64,000 nucleotides of DNA from the human T2T-CHM13v2.0 reference genome, Homo sapiens: the NCBI RefSeq assembly GCF_009914755.1, contig NC_060929.1; one strand, 5' to 3'. Each line of letters begins with the position of its first letter. Positions within the stretch are counted from its first letter, which is position 1. This document shows positions 15,391-33,432 of this stretch, piece after piece. The position numbers and the translations under genes were made by a program. The notes under the pieces were generated by a model. That model was not told the DNA's origin and made no database searches. It saw only the letters and a program-made list of their open reading frames with translations.

Positions 15391-15991
15391 ACAGTGCCCC
15401 TGTCATCATAGGTTTCACTTTCCACTATTTCATTTATCTGTGGTCAGCTGCTGACTAAAATTACTAAATGAAAAGTTCTGGAAATAAACGATTCATAAGT
15501 TTAAGTTGTGATCTGTCCTGACCTGAGTAGCCCAATGAAATTTTGCGCCTCTGGCTCTGCCCCACCCAGGATGTGACTCCTCCCTCTGTCCAGCATATCC
15601 ATGCTGTATACCCTCATGCTCTTTCATCACTTAGCAGCCATCTTGATTATCAGATCAACTGTGGCAGTATGGCAGTGCTTTTGCTCAGGGAACCCTTATT
15701 TTACTTAATAATGTCCCCAAAGTACAAGAGTAGTGATATTGCCAATTCAGAATGCCAGCGAGAGCTGTGAAGTGCTTCCTTTAAGTGAAAAGGTGATCAT
15801 TATTGACTTAATAAGGAAAGAAATTATATGCTAAGGTTACTAAGGTCTACAGTAAAAATATGTTCTAGCCACAAAATTATAGATGGGAAAAGAAATTCGT
15901 GCATAGCATATATAGGTTTCAGTATTATCCATGGTTTCAGGCATCTACTGGAGGTCTTAGAATGTATTCCCCACAGATAAAGGGAACTAGT
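15391..15991. mobile_element. MER44-type Tigger7-derived DNA transposon relic
   Basis: tacagtgcccct...ctggaaataaacgattcataagttt...cccacagataagggaactagta; the termini are Tigger-like with TA flanks. Confidence 0.75.
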
Positions 15992-16064
15992 ATGTTGCAA
16001 AGAATGATCAATGGAATACAGTAGACACTTGAGCAAGAAACTCTAGTTTTATACAGATTTGATA

Positions 16065-16385
16065 CAGTGGGTCCTCTGTACCTGTATAAATCTCTAGGTT
16101 CCACATCCATGGATCCAGTCAACCTTGGCTCAAAAATATTTGGAAAAAAATAATAAAGAATAACAAAATAAATAAAAAACAATGCAGTATAACAACTATT
16201 TACATAGCATTTACATTGTACTAGTTATTATAAGTAATCTACAGATGATTTAAAGTATACAAGAAGATGTGTGTAGTTGTATGCAAACACTACACCATTT
16301 TATATAAGGGACCTAAGCATCACTGAATGTTGGTGTCTGTGTGGGCCTTGGAACCAATCCCTCAGGGATACTGAGAGAAGACTGC
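16065..16385. mobile_element. MER2 (Tigger-derived) DNA transposon relic
   Basis: ggttccacatccatggat...aaaatatttggaaaaaa...tataacaactatttacatagcatttacattgta...ggaaccaatccc, a recognisable MER2 body. Confidence 0.8.
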
Positions 16386-17371
16386 ATAAAGGCATCTACA
16401 TGAATAGAGAGAAAAGGATATTCCAGTAACTGCTGTTGGGGGAGTTAGTTAAATATTTGCTGGAATAAACGTTAAATTCTTATTATGATATACCAAAATA
16501 ATTTCCAGAAAAATTAAATAGAAAAGTAACTATAAACTATGCATATATATGAACAAACTCCCATATACATGCACATATATAAACACACACACACACACAC
16601 AAACAAGACTGGAAGCAAAACCATTAACAGTGGTTATTTCTTGCCAGAGGAATATTACATTATATTAATATTTTCTGCATTTTAGAATCTTCCACATCTC
16701 TATAATGAACACATATTGCTTTTAATAAATAATAAATATTGTTAAACAACAAAGATGAAATTATCCAGAGAAAGGATGTTAATTACAAATGAGTAAAATG
16801 TATGAATAAGAAAGAGTTGTATGCTTTAAGGTTACAGGAATATTCCAAGATACATAGAACCTCAAGATGTTGGATATACCATCAGACTCCCTGGATTCAA
16901 GATTTTGTTCCACCTTTGTTTCACCAGGTGCGAGAACCTTGGGACCTCTCATTTATAAAGTAGAAATAATAAGGATGCTGTGAAAGTCATTGAGTTTGCA
17001 TGTGAACTATTTCCAATAATGTGAGACACATAGAAGGCATTCAAAAACCATTAACTACTGCTATATGCAAAAAACTTAGCTAAAAATTTCATTATAATTT
17101 GAAGGACTGATAAATTAGGAAGACACTACTATTAACATATTAATACCATAATACTAATGTTATAATTGTATTATAAATTGTTAATAAATTAATATTATTC
17201 AAATTTAGAGTAGAATTTTGACATCTTCCATATGTTATGAACATTCATAGTCAAAAGTAAGGACAACTGCTTAGGTGTTCAGCCAGTCTTCCAAAAGACT
17301 AGTCATGATGTTTTAAAGTGTGTAATTGGAACTATTTTGGTAAATAAATATTGGATTCAATTTATCAACTT

Positions 17372-17981
<610 letters not shown>

Positions 17982-18388
17982 AATTTATCAACTTTGAAAT
18001 TAACAAGTTAGTATGCCTGTTCAACTCAAAATGATTATAGGAAATTTCCAGATATTTGACTTTGCAATAAGATCTCCGTGACAAATGCTTTTAAAAGCAT
18101 GTGTGGTTGTACACTTGCTAAGCCTTGTATTATCTAATAATTCAAAACGTCCATTTATTACCTTAATTTGCTGACTTCTGATATCTTTTACCCTGGTGAT
18201 ATATTTTTGTATTTGCACTTTAACCTGTTTTGTCATTGGAGACTATTGTAATATTTTATTGTGATTTTTAAATGTTAATTTCCATCCATGCAGTTTTGTG
18301 ATACTTACAACTGATATTTTGGAGGTTTTTTTTTTAGGAGAATATGAGTCCTGGGGATTTTCATTTGGGAAAGTCCTAAAAATATATC

Positions 18389-21532
<3,144 letters not shown>

Positions 21533-22067
21533 ATATCTGCATTCCTCAGCACAAACCCTAGGTCATAGCCTATGTACACTGCGCCTGTCATGGAAACAGG
21601 TTAACCTGATTTTCTGGTTTTAGTTACTGTCTTCAATCCCATCCCAAGTATGTAGCTTCTGAATAAGGGATGCCCCCAAAAGTTTTGTTTTTTTACTTTG
21701 ACTAAGATGCAGAATTTTTCAAAGGGAGCAATAAGAGTGCTAGTTTCATTTGGGCAGGGCAATTTCTTTATAGATGTTCAGCATCCCTGGCCCCAACACC
21801 GTGAATGCCAGTAGGAGGCTCAAAAACTCTAACTGCAAAAATGAAAAACATCTTCACACAATTCTAAATGCATCCAAGTGGAAAATTCCCCTTAACTTAA
21901 TCTTTTTTCTCTCCATTTCTTAGTTAGCTGTATTTAGTCAAGTAGTTATTTCTGTTTTGCTTAGGTTTGTCTTGTTTTTTTGTTTGTTTGTTTGTTTCCA
22001 GAAGGACATATCAGCATTATATTCCCCAAGTTTTTTCATGATTTTTAATGATTATGTTGAAAGACAT

Positions 22068-22431
22068 TGATGTGGTTTGGCTGTGTCTCCACCCAAATCA
22101 CATCTTGAATTCTAGCTCTCATAATCCTCACGTGTCATGGGAGGGACCCTGTTGGAGGTAACTGAATCATGGGGTCAAGTTTTTCCCATGCTGTTCTCAT
22201 GATAGTGAATAAGTCTCACGAAATTTGATGGTTTTATAAAGGACGGTTCGCTTGCACACACTCTCTTGCCTGCTGCCATGTAAGATGTGCCTTTGTTCTT
22301 CCTTCGCCTTCCTCCATGATTGTGAGGCCTCCTCAGCCATGTGGAACTGTGAGTCCATTAAACATCTTTTTCTTATAAATTACCCATGCTTGGGTATGTC
22401 TTTATTAGGAGTGTGAGAACGGACTAATACA
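22068..22431 (+). mobile_element. THE1 solo LTR (364 bp) with perfect 5-bp TSD GACAT
   Basis: tgatgtggtttggctgtgtc...ggactaataca; GACAT at 22063-22067 and 22432-22436. Confidence 0.95.
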
Positions 22432-24159
22432 GACATCTTAAAATATCTGTGAGACACTTGATTCTAACCTTAGCAGTCTATACACATTCCTCTATATTCT
22501 TCTAACACTGAAAGTTGCCTTGCAGAAATATGACACAAACTTGCTACTTCCCTTCATATAGATGATCTGCTTTCTTCTACCTAGAGGTCTAAGAATGCCT
22601 TCTTTATACTTGAAGTTCAGTAACGAGCAGGTGCTTGCCAGTTTTTCATGGCTCTTTTCCTATGAGGAAAGTAGAAATAGTATTTCCCCATGTCATTATT
22701 TATACAATTATGAACAAACTGAAACTCAGAGATGGGCCTTTGCATAGTTGCTCACCAGTGAAACCCCAGGCTGTTAAAACTCCTGTTCTAAGCTTAACCA
22801 CAACAGGTAGGTATCTATAGAAGTCTTCTTAGCCTTTGGAGTTCTGAGTCTTTTAAGTCTCATTCTGTACAAACGTCCACTAATTTAAGCAGTCTTGTGG
22901 GATTTTGATAATTTTCCTAATTTGTCTGTTTAAATCAAAGCAGATGGAACATTTGGACTATTTTTGTTTCTATGGCTTCCTGGCCCATTTCTTAATGTCT
23001 GAAAGCAGCTATCTTTAATCAAAGGTCCTACCCTCTCTTTCCTTCACCTATAATAAATTCTAAAGCTGAATGTATGTATTTGTATTTGTTTTTATCTTTT
23101 TCTCTTCCTGGGAGTTAGAAATTAATCATTTCAACAAATTCACTTTCCTGAAATCCTGTGGCATTTTATGCTCAGTTTGTAGCACTTACCATGCTATATT
23201 ATGATTATACACAGGCCTGTCTCCTGTGATAGGTTGGGTCATCTCCAGACTAGGAATGATGATTTATTCATCTCTATCTGTCATTCTTTTCCTCTACCAT
23301 CCACCACCACCCCCATACACCCCACATACCCTTTTGTGTTCATACCACGGAACAGGCACAATAAATATTCATTGACTTGAATCTAATTATTTACAAAATC
23401 TTGTTTAGGATCCTAGCATTTTGAGTGCTGGGAATATTTTAGAACTGGCCTTATATCCATGGTTTCTAAAGGAAAACGAGGCTCCAAATGTTTAATTATT
23501 CAAGAAACTGTTAAATCACATTATTTTCAAAAATGATAGTACCAATCTAACTCTGCAGGAGAGCACTTTCCATGGAAAATAATGGCTTTTAAAATCTAAA
23601 TAAAGATACATGGCACATTCCACTATATTTTGAAAAAGAAATCTAATTTTATAGAACTTGACATGATAGATACAGGGGAAAATCTAAGTTGAAAACATAA
23701 TTTTTCACAAATACACTCTGCATTCCAGTCTTGGTTTCTACTTCTCACAATTTAACATTGAAACACATACATTTCTATGAATAACATGTTGAACGTGCTA
23801 TAGGTTCTGACCATCTGTGCAATTTATCCTTTGAAATGTTCCCTTGAATGTTGGAACCATTCCAGAACCTTCTACCTCTTGCCTATAAAATTGCTGTTGC
23901 AGAAAATTAGCCACACTCAAGATTTAATGGCTCTCGATCCTGCAGATTTCCAGAAATACCATCTTATTTTAAGTTGAATATCACTGAGGGAGAGCCTTGT
24001 TACACACTGATTCACAACATTTATTATACCTTCAGTTCTTTGTATAAAATGGGCCAGTTAGGAAAGGGGCTAAATGCTTTTGCTCTATTCTTCTTGGAAT
24101 ATGTGTGACTCAAGACCTAACAATAACAATCTCGGTAATAGTCCCAGACAACACTCCCA

Positions 24160-24400
24160 TGACTTGTTAAGCACCTACTGTGGACCAAGCTTTAGCTAAA
24201 AGCCCTAAGTACATCATTTTACTGAATCTTTACACCAATAAGGCTATCAGGCTCATTATACAGATTCATTTTACATACGAGGAGACCAAGACTCAGAGAG
24301 GTTAAGTAACTTTTCCAAGATCACACAGCTGGTCCATGGACGAAGCAGGATTAGAACCCTAAATAAGTGACTCCAGAGTTTATATCCTTAATCCTTTTGC
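24160..24400 (-). mobile_element. MIR SINE
   Basis: Core attttacatacgaggagaccaagactcagagaggttaagtaacttttccaagatcacacagct. Confidence 0.75.
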
Positions 24401-24718
24401 CATCTGTCACCCACTACTATGCCCTGCTATAGACTATATTGGGCCAAAATCTAGAGACACAAATGAGCAGGCAGAGACCTAACCATGGTAGGAATTCAGG
24501 AGGTAAGACTGAAATTAGACAAGTGAGATGCATCCATTTTAAAAGTCACATAGCAGGAAAAAAAGTCATACACCTTTAAAAGACACAGGTGCATTGCACC
24601 AGGTGTGCCTGTTTACAATTTCCTCCACTTGTTTTGACTCTTGAACTCAGTTCTTGAAAACTACTTATTTGCCTTAGTGAAAGAGAATCACATTACATGC
24701 TGTAATTTGTAAAATTAA

Positions 24719-25073
<355 letters not shown>

Positions 25074-25208
25074 ACATCTTCTATTCTTTTTAGTTCAGGA
25101 GTAGGTGGGAATAGTAATAGTTCCACAGGCACAACTCTTCCAGGTGTGATTAGCTGTGTAAATTGGTCAATATCTGGAATGATGAAAGAATCAAAAGTTG
25201 AACATCCC

Positions 25209-25508
25209 AGCTGGGTGTGGTGGCTCACACCTGTAATCCCAGCACTTTGGGAGGCAGAGGTGGGCAGATCACCTGAGGTCACGAGTTCAAGACCAGCCTG
25301 GCCAACATGGCAAAACCCTATCTCTACTGAAAATACAAAAATTAGCTGGGCATGGTGGCATGCACTTGTAGCCCAGCTACTTGGGAGACTGAGGTGGGAG
25401 GATGGCTTGAACTCAGGAGGTGGAGGTTTCGGTGAGCTGAGATCACTCGACTGCACTCCAGCCTGGGTGACAGACCAAGACGCTGTCTTAAAAAAAAAAA
25501 AAAAAAAA
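25209..25508 (+). mobile_element. Alu with TSD AAAAGTT(G/T)AACATCCC
   Basis: Full Alu, poly(A), and a flanking duplication with one mismatch. Confidence 0.95.
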
Positions 25509-26769
25509 GTTTAACATCCCTGACGTGAGTCAGTAGAGATTGGGTAGAAGATATATTTAAATCTTTGTAGCCAATTGCAACTTTCATTCAATTATTATAT
25601 TTCTTCACATGTAGTTGCACATTTGTGCCAGTTTTGTGAGGTCGTAAAATATAGTGCAGCCCCCATGGGCTGATGAATCAGATTGGTCTCACCTGGCACA
25701 GGTGGTGCCAGAGCCTATGCATAACAAGGCTGACTTCCAGGCATAGCAGCTTCCTGTGCTTTCAAAATGCAAGCACCTGCCACCTCCTCCTTCAAGATTT
25801 TGTAGAACAGATCCTTTTTCCTTTGAATTAAGTCTAGCCACAAATAGAAAGACTAAGAGCACATAGTTTGGCAGGATTCATAACTTTCTTCATTCATTTG
25901 CCCAACTTTTTTAAGTACCAGGAATGATGAGAAAGAAAAGCTAAAAGGAATTAGCATGGTTTGTTATGACAAGTATAACCAATATTGTATTAAAATAATC
26001 ATTTTGGCATTGAAGAATTTATTAACTTATTAGCTTTGCAAAATCTTATTCCCCATAAACACCAGAAAACACATGTATATTCACATGAAATTTTCATGTG
26101 ATGAACAATGTATTAAGATGCATTTAATTTGGTTTTAATATTACATTTCTACCTTAATACCATATCACCTCAGGAATTTTATTAATAGCTTTGAAATGTA
26201 TCACGAGTTCTAAAGGAATAGATACTTTTTTTAAACTATGTCATTTAACCTGAATTGGCAATATCAGACAATTTAAAGAATAGTGTGATACTGTATGGAG
26301 TTCAAGTTCATGACAGAACATTTTTGTATTTTTAATCCTTGAATCCTTGAAATCATTAATATATCTTATATTCATGTGTAAAGTACCTGAAAAGCCATAA
26401 CAATTTTTTTAAGTATTCCAAATTAAAAAAAATCTAAGTAGGTTATTTTCTCTGGTTTTGTATTTCATTGATCATATCAAATGATGCAGTATTGGAAAGG
26501 ACTGACTTTGAGATCTCACATAAGCAATGTTAATAACAAACAATTCTGCAACATGTTTGTGGGCAAATGAAAAATTAAAATTTTATTGTGTAAATATTCA
26601 TAAGGCAAGAGATGTTATGTTAAAGTGAATTTTTATATACCTCAACTAGAGAAAGTAGACTTCACAGATGGGTGATAACAATACAGTTATTCTTCATATA
26701 TGCATTGCATTATCCAAAAATTACACTGTGAACATAATTTTAAATTACTTAGTAAAGAATATAAGATTT

Positions 26770-29700
26770 GGGGCAGAGAAAGATGGTGCACCGATCATCT
26801 CCTCTTTTGCAAAGACGCCAAGTCAACAGCTATCTACACAGAAAAAAGCACCTTCATAAGAACCCCAAATCAGGTGAGCTCTCATGGTACCTGGTTTTAA
26901 CTCCATATCGCTGAAAGAGGCACTGAAGAGATTAAAAATCAGTCCTGAATCACTAACGCCACCCCTCCCCCACCCCCAATGGTACCAGCATGGTAAGGAG
27001 AGCATCTCTGGGTGCTGGGGGAGGGAGAACACAGCAATTGTGAGGCACTGAACTCAGTGCTGTCCTGTTAGAGCAGAAAGGAAACCCCAACCAAATTCAG
27101 CTGATGCCTGCCCACAGAGGGGACACTTAAACCAGTCCTAGTCAGAGGGAAATTGTGGATCCCAGTGGTCTGAACTTGAGTTTCCACAAACCTCATCACC
27201 CTGGGCTACAGCACTCTGAGCCTCCAGGTAAACTTGCAAGGCAGTCTAGGCCACAAGGACTGCAACTCTTACAAGAGTCCCAGTGCTGAATTAGGCCCAG
27301 AGACAGTGGACTGGGGAGGGCAGGTGACATATTGAGAGACCAGCTGAGGCAGCCAAAGGAGTGCTGGCATCACCCCTCCTCTAACCCCAGGCTTACAACT
27401 CCAAAAGACACCCCTTCCTTTTGCTTAAGGAGAGGAGAGGAAAGAGTTGGAAGGACTTTATCTTGCATCTAGGATACCAGCTCAGCCACAGCAGGATAGG
27501 GCAACAGTCAGAGTTGTGAGGTCCCCATTCCAGGCCCTAGCTCCCAGACAACATTTCTAAACACACTCTGGGCCAGAAGGGAACCTGATACTTTGAAAGA
27601 AAGGACCCAGTCCTGGCAGTATTCATCACCTGCTAACGGAAGGGAAGGGCCCTTGATCCCCGAAAAGCCACCAGCAATACATGGGTACTACGTCAAGGAC
27701 CTTAGCCTGTGAAAGTTTCTGGCTTCAGATACCACCACCACCTCAGCGGGGGTAGAGCACCAAGTGGGTTCTTGGCAGCTCTGATTCCAGAACTTGAATC
27801 TTGGGTGGCAATTTTGGACCCGCCCTACCCCAGAGGGGAGCCCACTGCCATGAAGGGTGAGCACCAGGACAGGTAACATTCACGACAAGCTGACATAAGT
27901 TGGGCCTTAAGGGAACATTGGCAGTAGTTTGGCATTCCTCGTGGCCTGAGGTGGTAGTGGCTATGGGCTGCTCTGCTTTTCAAAAGGGATGGAAAGAGTG
28001 GGAAGGACTGTGTCTTGTGGTTTGAGTGCCAGCTCAGCTGCAATACAACAGAATACCAGGTAGACTTCTAAGGTTTTTGACTGTAGTTCCTGACTCCTGG
28101 ACAGCACTTCTGGACCCAGCGGGGGCCTGGGGACCTCACTGCCCTGAAGGGAAGGTTACAAGCCTGGATGGCTTTGCCACATGCTGATTGTAGAGCCCCA
28201 GGGCCTTGAGTGAATGTAGGCGGTAGCCAGAGTGTGGTTATAGCAGGGTTTGGGCAAGACCCAGCGCTGTGCTGGCTTCAAGTCTGGCCCAGCACAGTCA
28301 TACCAGTGGTGGCCACAGGGGTGCTTGTGTCACTCCATCCCCAGATGTAGGTGGCTCAGAACAAACGGAGACTCTGTTTAGGAGAAAGTAAGGGAAGGGA
28401 ACAAGAGTCTCTGCCTGGTAATCCAGAGAATTCTCCCGTATTTTGTCCAAGACCATCAAGGAGGTACCTCTACAAGTCTGCAAAAACCACAGTGTTACTG
28501 GGCTTGGGGTGCCCCCTGAAGTAGATACAGCTTAGATCACTACACCACGTCCTTTCAAATATCTGAAAAGATTCCTCAAGAAGAACAGCTACAAATAAGT
28601 CCACACGGTGACAACTACAATAAATACCCAATCCTTCAATGCCCAGATACCAAAAAACATCTGCTAGCATCAACACTCTCCAGGAAAACATGATCTTACC
28701 AAATGAACTAAATAAGGCACCAGGGACCAATCCTGGAGAAACAGAGATATGTAACCTTTCAGACAGAGAATTCAAAATAGATGTGTTGAGGAAACTTAAA
28801 GAAATTCAAGATAACACAGAGAAGGAAGTCAGAATTCTATCAGATAAATTTAACAAAGAAATTGAAATAATTAGAATCGGGCAGAAATTCTGGAGCAGAA
28901 AAATGCAATTGGCATGTTGAAGAATGCATCAGAATCCTTTAATAGCAGAATGAATCAATCAGAAGAAAGAATTAGTGAGCTTGAAGACAGGCTGATTGAA
29001 AATACACAGAGAAGACAAAAGAATAAAAAACAGTGAAGCACACCTATGGGATCTAGAAAATAGTCTTAAAAGAGCAAATCTAAAGAGAAGGTAGAGAAAG
29101 AGATATGGGTAGAAAGTTTAATAACAGAGAACTTCCCAAACCTAGAGAAAGATATCAATATCCAAGTACAAGGAGGTTATAGAATACCAAGAAGATGTAA
29201 CTTCTTGAAGACTACTTCAAGGTATTTAATATTCAAACTCCGAAAGGTCAAGAAATATCTTGAAACAAATGATAATGGAAACATGACATATCAAAACCTA
29301 TGCGATACAGCAAAACAGTATTCAGAGGGAAGTTTATAGCTATATGTACCTACATCAGAAAAGAGGAATAACTTCATATAAACAATTTGACAGTGCACCT
29401 TAAAGAATTAGAAAAGCAAGAGCAAACCAAACCTAAACTTAGTAGAAGAAAAGTAATAAATATCAGAGCAGAAACAAATGAAATTAAAGTGAAAAAAAAG
29501 TGCAAAAGATCAGTGAAACAAAACGTTTGTTTCTTTGAAAAAATAAACAGAATTAACAAATCTTTTGCCAGACTAAGAAAAAAAGAGAGAAGATCCAAAT
29601 AAATAAAATCAGAGGTGTAAAAGGATTCATTACAGCTAATACTACAGAAATTCAAAGGTAATTAGTGCTACTGCGAGCAACTACATGCCAATAAATTGGA

Positions 29701-30101
29701 ATCTAGAAGAAATGGACAAGTTCCTAGATACATGCAACCTACCAAGATTGAATCAGAAAGAAATCTAAAACCTGAACAGACCAATAAAAAGTAATGAAAT
29801 CGAAGCCATGGCCAGGTGGAGTGGCTCACACTTGTAATCCCAGTACTTTGAGAGGCCCAGGTGCTCTCTATTTGTTTGCTTGAGTTTAGGAGTTCCAGAT
29901 CAGCATGGGCAACATGGCGAAACCCGATCTCTACCAAAAATACAAAAAAAATCAGCCAGGCATGGTGGTGCGCACTTATAGTCCCAGCTACTCAGGAGGC
30001 TGAGGTGGGAGGATTGCTTGAAACCAGGAGGCTGATTCATTGAGTCTAGATCACACCACTGCACTGCACTCCAGGCTGGGTGACAGAGTGAGACCTCATC
30101 T

Positions 30102-30136
<35 letters not shown>

Positions 30137-32935
30137 CCGTAATAAAAAACCTCCTAGTAAAGAAAAGCCCAGGACCTAATGGCTTCACTGCCAATTTCTA
30201 CCAAACATTTAAAGAATTAATATCAATCCTTCTCAAACTATTCCAAAAAAAAAAAAAAATAGAAGAGGAGGGAATACCTCCAAACTCATTCTATGAGGCC
30301 ATTATTTCCCTGATACCAAAACCAGACAATGATATATCAAAAAAGAAAACTACAGGCCAGTATCTGTGATGAACATTGATGCAAAAATCTTCAACAAAAT
30401 ATTAGCAAGCCAATTTCAACAATACATTAGGAAGGTAATCCATCATGACCAACTGGAATTTATCCCTGGGATACAAGGATGGTTCAACATATGCAAATCA
30501 ATCAATGTGACATGTCATATCAACAGAATGAGGGAAAAAAACCATGTGATCATTTCAATTGATGCTGAAAAGGCATTTGATAAAATTCAACCTCCTTTCA
30601 TGATAAAATACCTCAAAAACACTGGATATAGAAGGAACATACCTCAACATAACCATATATGACTGACCCACAGCTAGTATTATACTGAGTGGGGAAAAAC
30701 TGACAGCCTTTTCTCTAAGATCTGTAACTCAACAAGGATGCCCGCTGTCACCACTGTTATTTAACATAGTACTGGCAGCCCTAGCTAAAGCAATGAGACA
30801 AGAGAAAGATATAAAGCGTATCCAGTGTGCAAGTTAAATTACCCTTGTTTGCTGATTATATGATCTTATATTTGGAGAAAACCTTAAGACTCCACAAGAA
30901 AACCATTCGAACTGATAAACAGATTTGGTAAAGTCACAGGATACAAAATCAACATACAAAAATCAGTAGCATTTCTATATGCCAACAGTGAACAATGTGA
31001 AAAAGAAATTTAAAAAGTAATCCCACCTAAAATAGCCACAAATAAAATGACATAGCTGGAAACTTACCCAAGGAAGTGAAAGATCTCTATAATTACAACC
31101 ATAAAATACTGATGAAGGAAATTGAAGAAGACACCAAGAAATGGAAAAGTATTTCAAGTTCATGGGTTCGAAGAATCGGTATTATTAAAATGCCCTTACT
31201 ACCCAAGGCAATCTACAGATTCAGTGCAATCACTATCAAAATACAAATGACATTCTGTACAAAAATAGAAAAAAACACTCCTAAATTTTATATGGAACCA
31301 CAAAAGACCTAGAATGGCCAAAGCACTATTCTAAGCAAGCAAGCAAACAAACAAAAACAAAAAACAAAAAAACCACCTGGAGGAATCACATTACCTGACT
31401 TCAAATTATACTACAGAGCTATAATGACCAAACCAGCTATAGTGACCAAACCAAATTATACTACAGAGCTATAGTGACCAAAACAGACACATAGACAGGT
31501 GGAACAGAGCAGAGAACCCAGAAACAAATCTATACACCTACAGTGAACTCATCTCTGACAAAGGTGCCAAGAACATACACTGGGAAAAAGACAGTCTCTT
31601 CAATAAATTGTTCTGGGAAAACTGGATATCCATATGCAAAAGAATGAAACTAGACCCCTATGTCTTGCTGTATACAAAAATTAAATCAAAAAGGATTAAA
31701 GACTTAAACCTACAACCTCAAACTATGAAACTACTACAAGAAAACATGGGGAAAATCTCCAGGATATTGGTCTGGGCAAAGACTTTTTGAACAATACCCC
31801 ACAAGCACAGGTAACCAAAGCAAACATGGACATGCAGGATTACATCAAGTTAAAAAGCTTCTGCACGGAAAAGGATACAGTCAAGAAAGTGAAGAGACAA
31901 CCCACAGAATGGGAGAAAATATTTGCAAACTATTCCTATGACAAGGAATTAATAACCAGATTATAAAAGGAACTCAAACAACTCTATAGGAAAAAAATCT
32001 AATAATCTGATGAAAAATAGGCAAAAGATTTGAATAGACATTTCTCAAAAGAAGACATACAAATGGCAAACAGGCATATGAAAAAGTACTCAACATCATT
32101 GATCATCAGAGAAATGCAAATCAAAACTACAATGAGATATCATCTCACCCAGTTAAAGTGGCTTATACCCAGAAGACAGGAAATAACAAATGCTGGTGAG
32201 GATGTAGAGAAAAGGGAACCCTTGTACAACGTTGTTGAGAAGGTAAATTAGTACAATCACCATAAAGAACAGGTTCCTCAAAAAACTAAAAATTGAGCTA
32301 CCATACGATCCAGCAATCCCATTGTTGGGTATGTACCCTAAAGAAAGGAAATGAGTATATTGAAGAGATATCTGCACTCCCATGTTTGTTTCAGCACTGT
32401 TTACAATAGCTAAGATTTGGAAGCAACCTAAGTGTCTATCAACAGATGACTGGATAAAGAAAATGTGGTACATATACACAATGGAGTACTACTCAGTCAT
32501 AAAAAGAATGAGATCCTATTATTTGCAACAAGATGGATAGAACTGGAGATTATTTTGTTAATGAAATAAGTCAGGCACAGAAAAACAAACGTTGCATGTT
32601 TTCACTTATTTGTAAGTTCTAAAAATCAAATCAATTGAACTCATGGACATAGAGAGTAGAAGGATGGTTACCAGAGGCTGGGAAGTGTAGTAGGGGGTTC
32701 GGGGAAGGTAGGGATGGTTAATGGGTACCAAGAAAAATTAAAAAGAATGAATAAGGCCTACTATTTGATAGCACAATATGGTGATTATAGGCAATAATAA
32801 TTGTGTGTTTAAAAATAACTAATTCAGTTATTTGTAACTCAAAGGATAAATGCTTGAGGGGATAGATACCCCCATTCTCCATGGTGTATTTACTTCACAT
32901 TGCATGCTTGTATCAAAACATCTCATGTACCTCAT
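26770..32935 (+). mobile_element. Old L1 (L1MA1/2-type 3' end) with 5'UTR, partial ORF1, internal deletion near 29251, and decayed ORF2
   Basis: ORF1-like peptide at 28639..28920 and ORF2-like peptides at 29387, 30040, 30366, 31076, 31608 and 32030. The RT motif has decayed to LFADYMI near 30845. The L1MA-type 3'UTR runs about 32620-32935. Confidence 0.92.
29810..30135 (+). mobile_element. AluJ-type element inserted in L1 ORF2 (TSD aagccat/aagccgt)
   Basis: Diverged Alu with a long pure poly(A); L1 sequence resumes in register afterwards. Confidence 0.92.
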
Positions 32936-33010
32936 ATATATGTGTGTGTATATATATATATACATATATATATGTATATATGTGTGTGTGTATATATATA
33001 TATATATACA
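32934..33010. repeat. Compound (TA)n/(TG)n microsatellite at the L1 3' end
   Basis: Direct reading. Confidence 0.92.
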
Positions 33011-33432
33011 TTTATGTATTTAAGAAACATTTATTAAGCACAAATATGTGCTAGACTTCAGAGCAAATTCTAGCCATTCCTTGGTATTTTGTGTCTATTT
33101 GTTGATATATACCAGAGATACTCATTTAGCTCATAATTCCAGTCATTCATTCACTCCTTTCATATATTATTTTTATAAACATTTGTCAAAAACCTACTAA
33201 ATACCATGTCCTGTGCCTAGATTCTAAGAGTACAGAGATGAATAAGACAAATCCTGCTTTCAAGGAGTGTATTTTTACTTTGATAGGCAAGCACACAAAT
33301 ATGATGACAGCATTAAAATGTTTGACTATGGATAAAAAGAATGTCATGGGAGGCAGAGAAAATGATTCATTTTGCTTATGAGACTAGAGGAAGATTTCAC
33401 AGAGAAGATGGTATTAATCTGGGTTATAAAGT

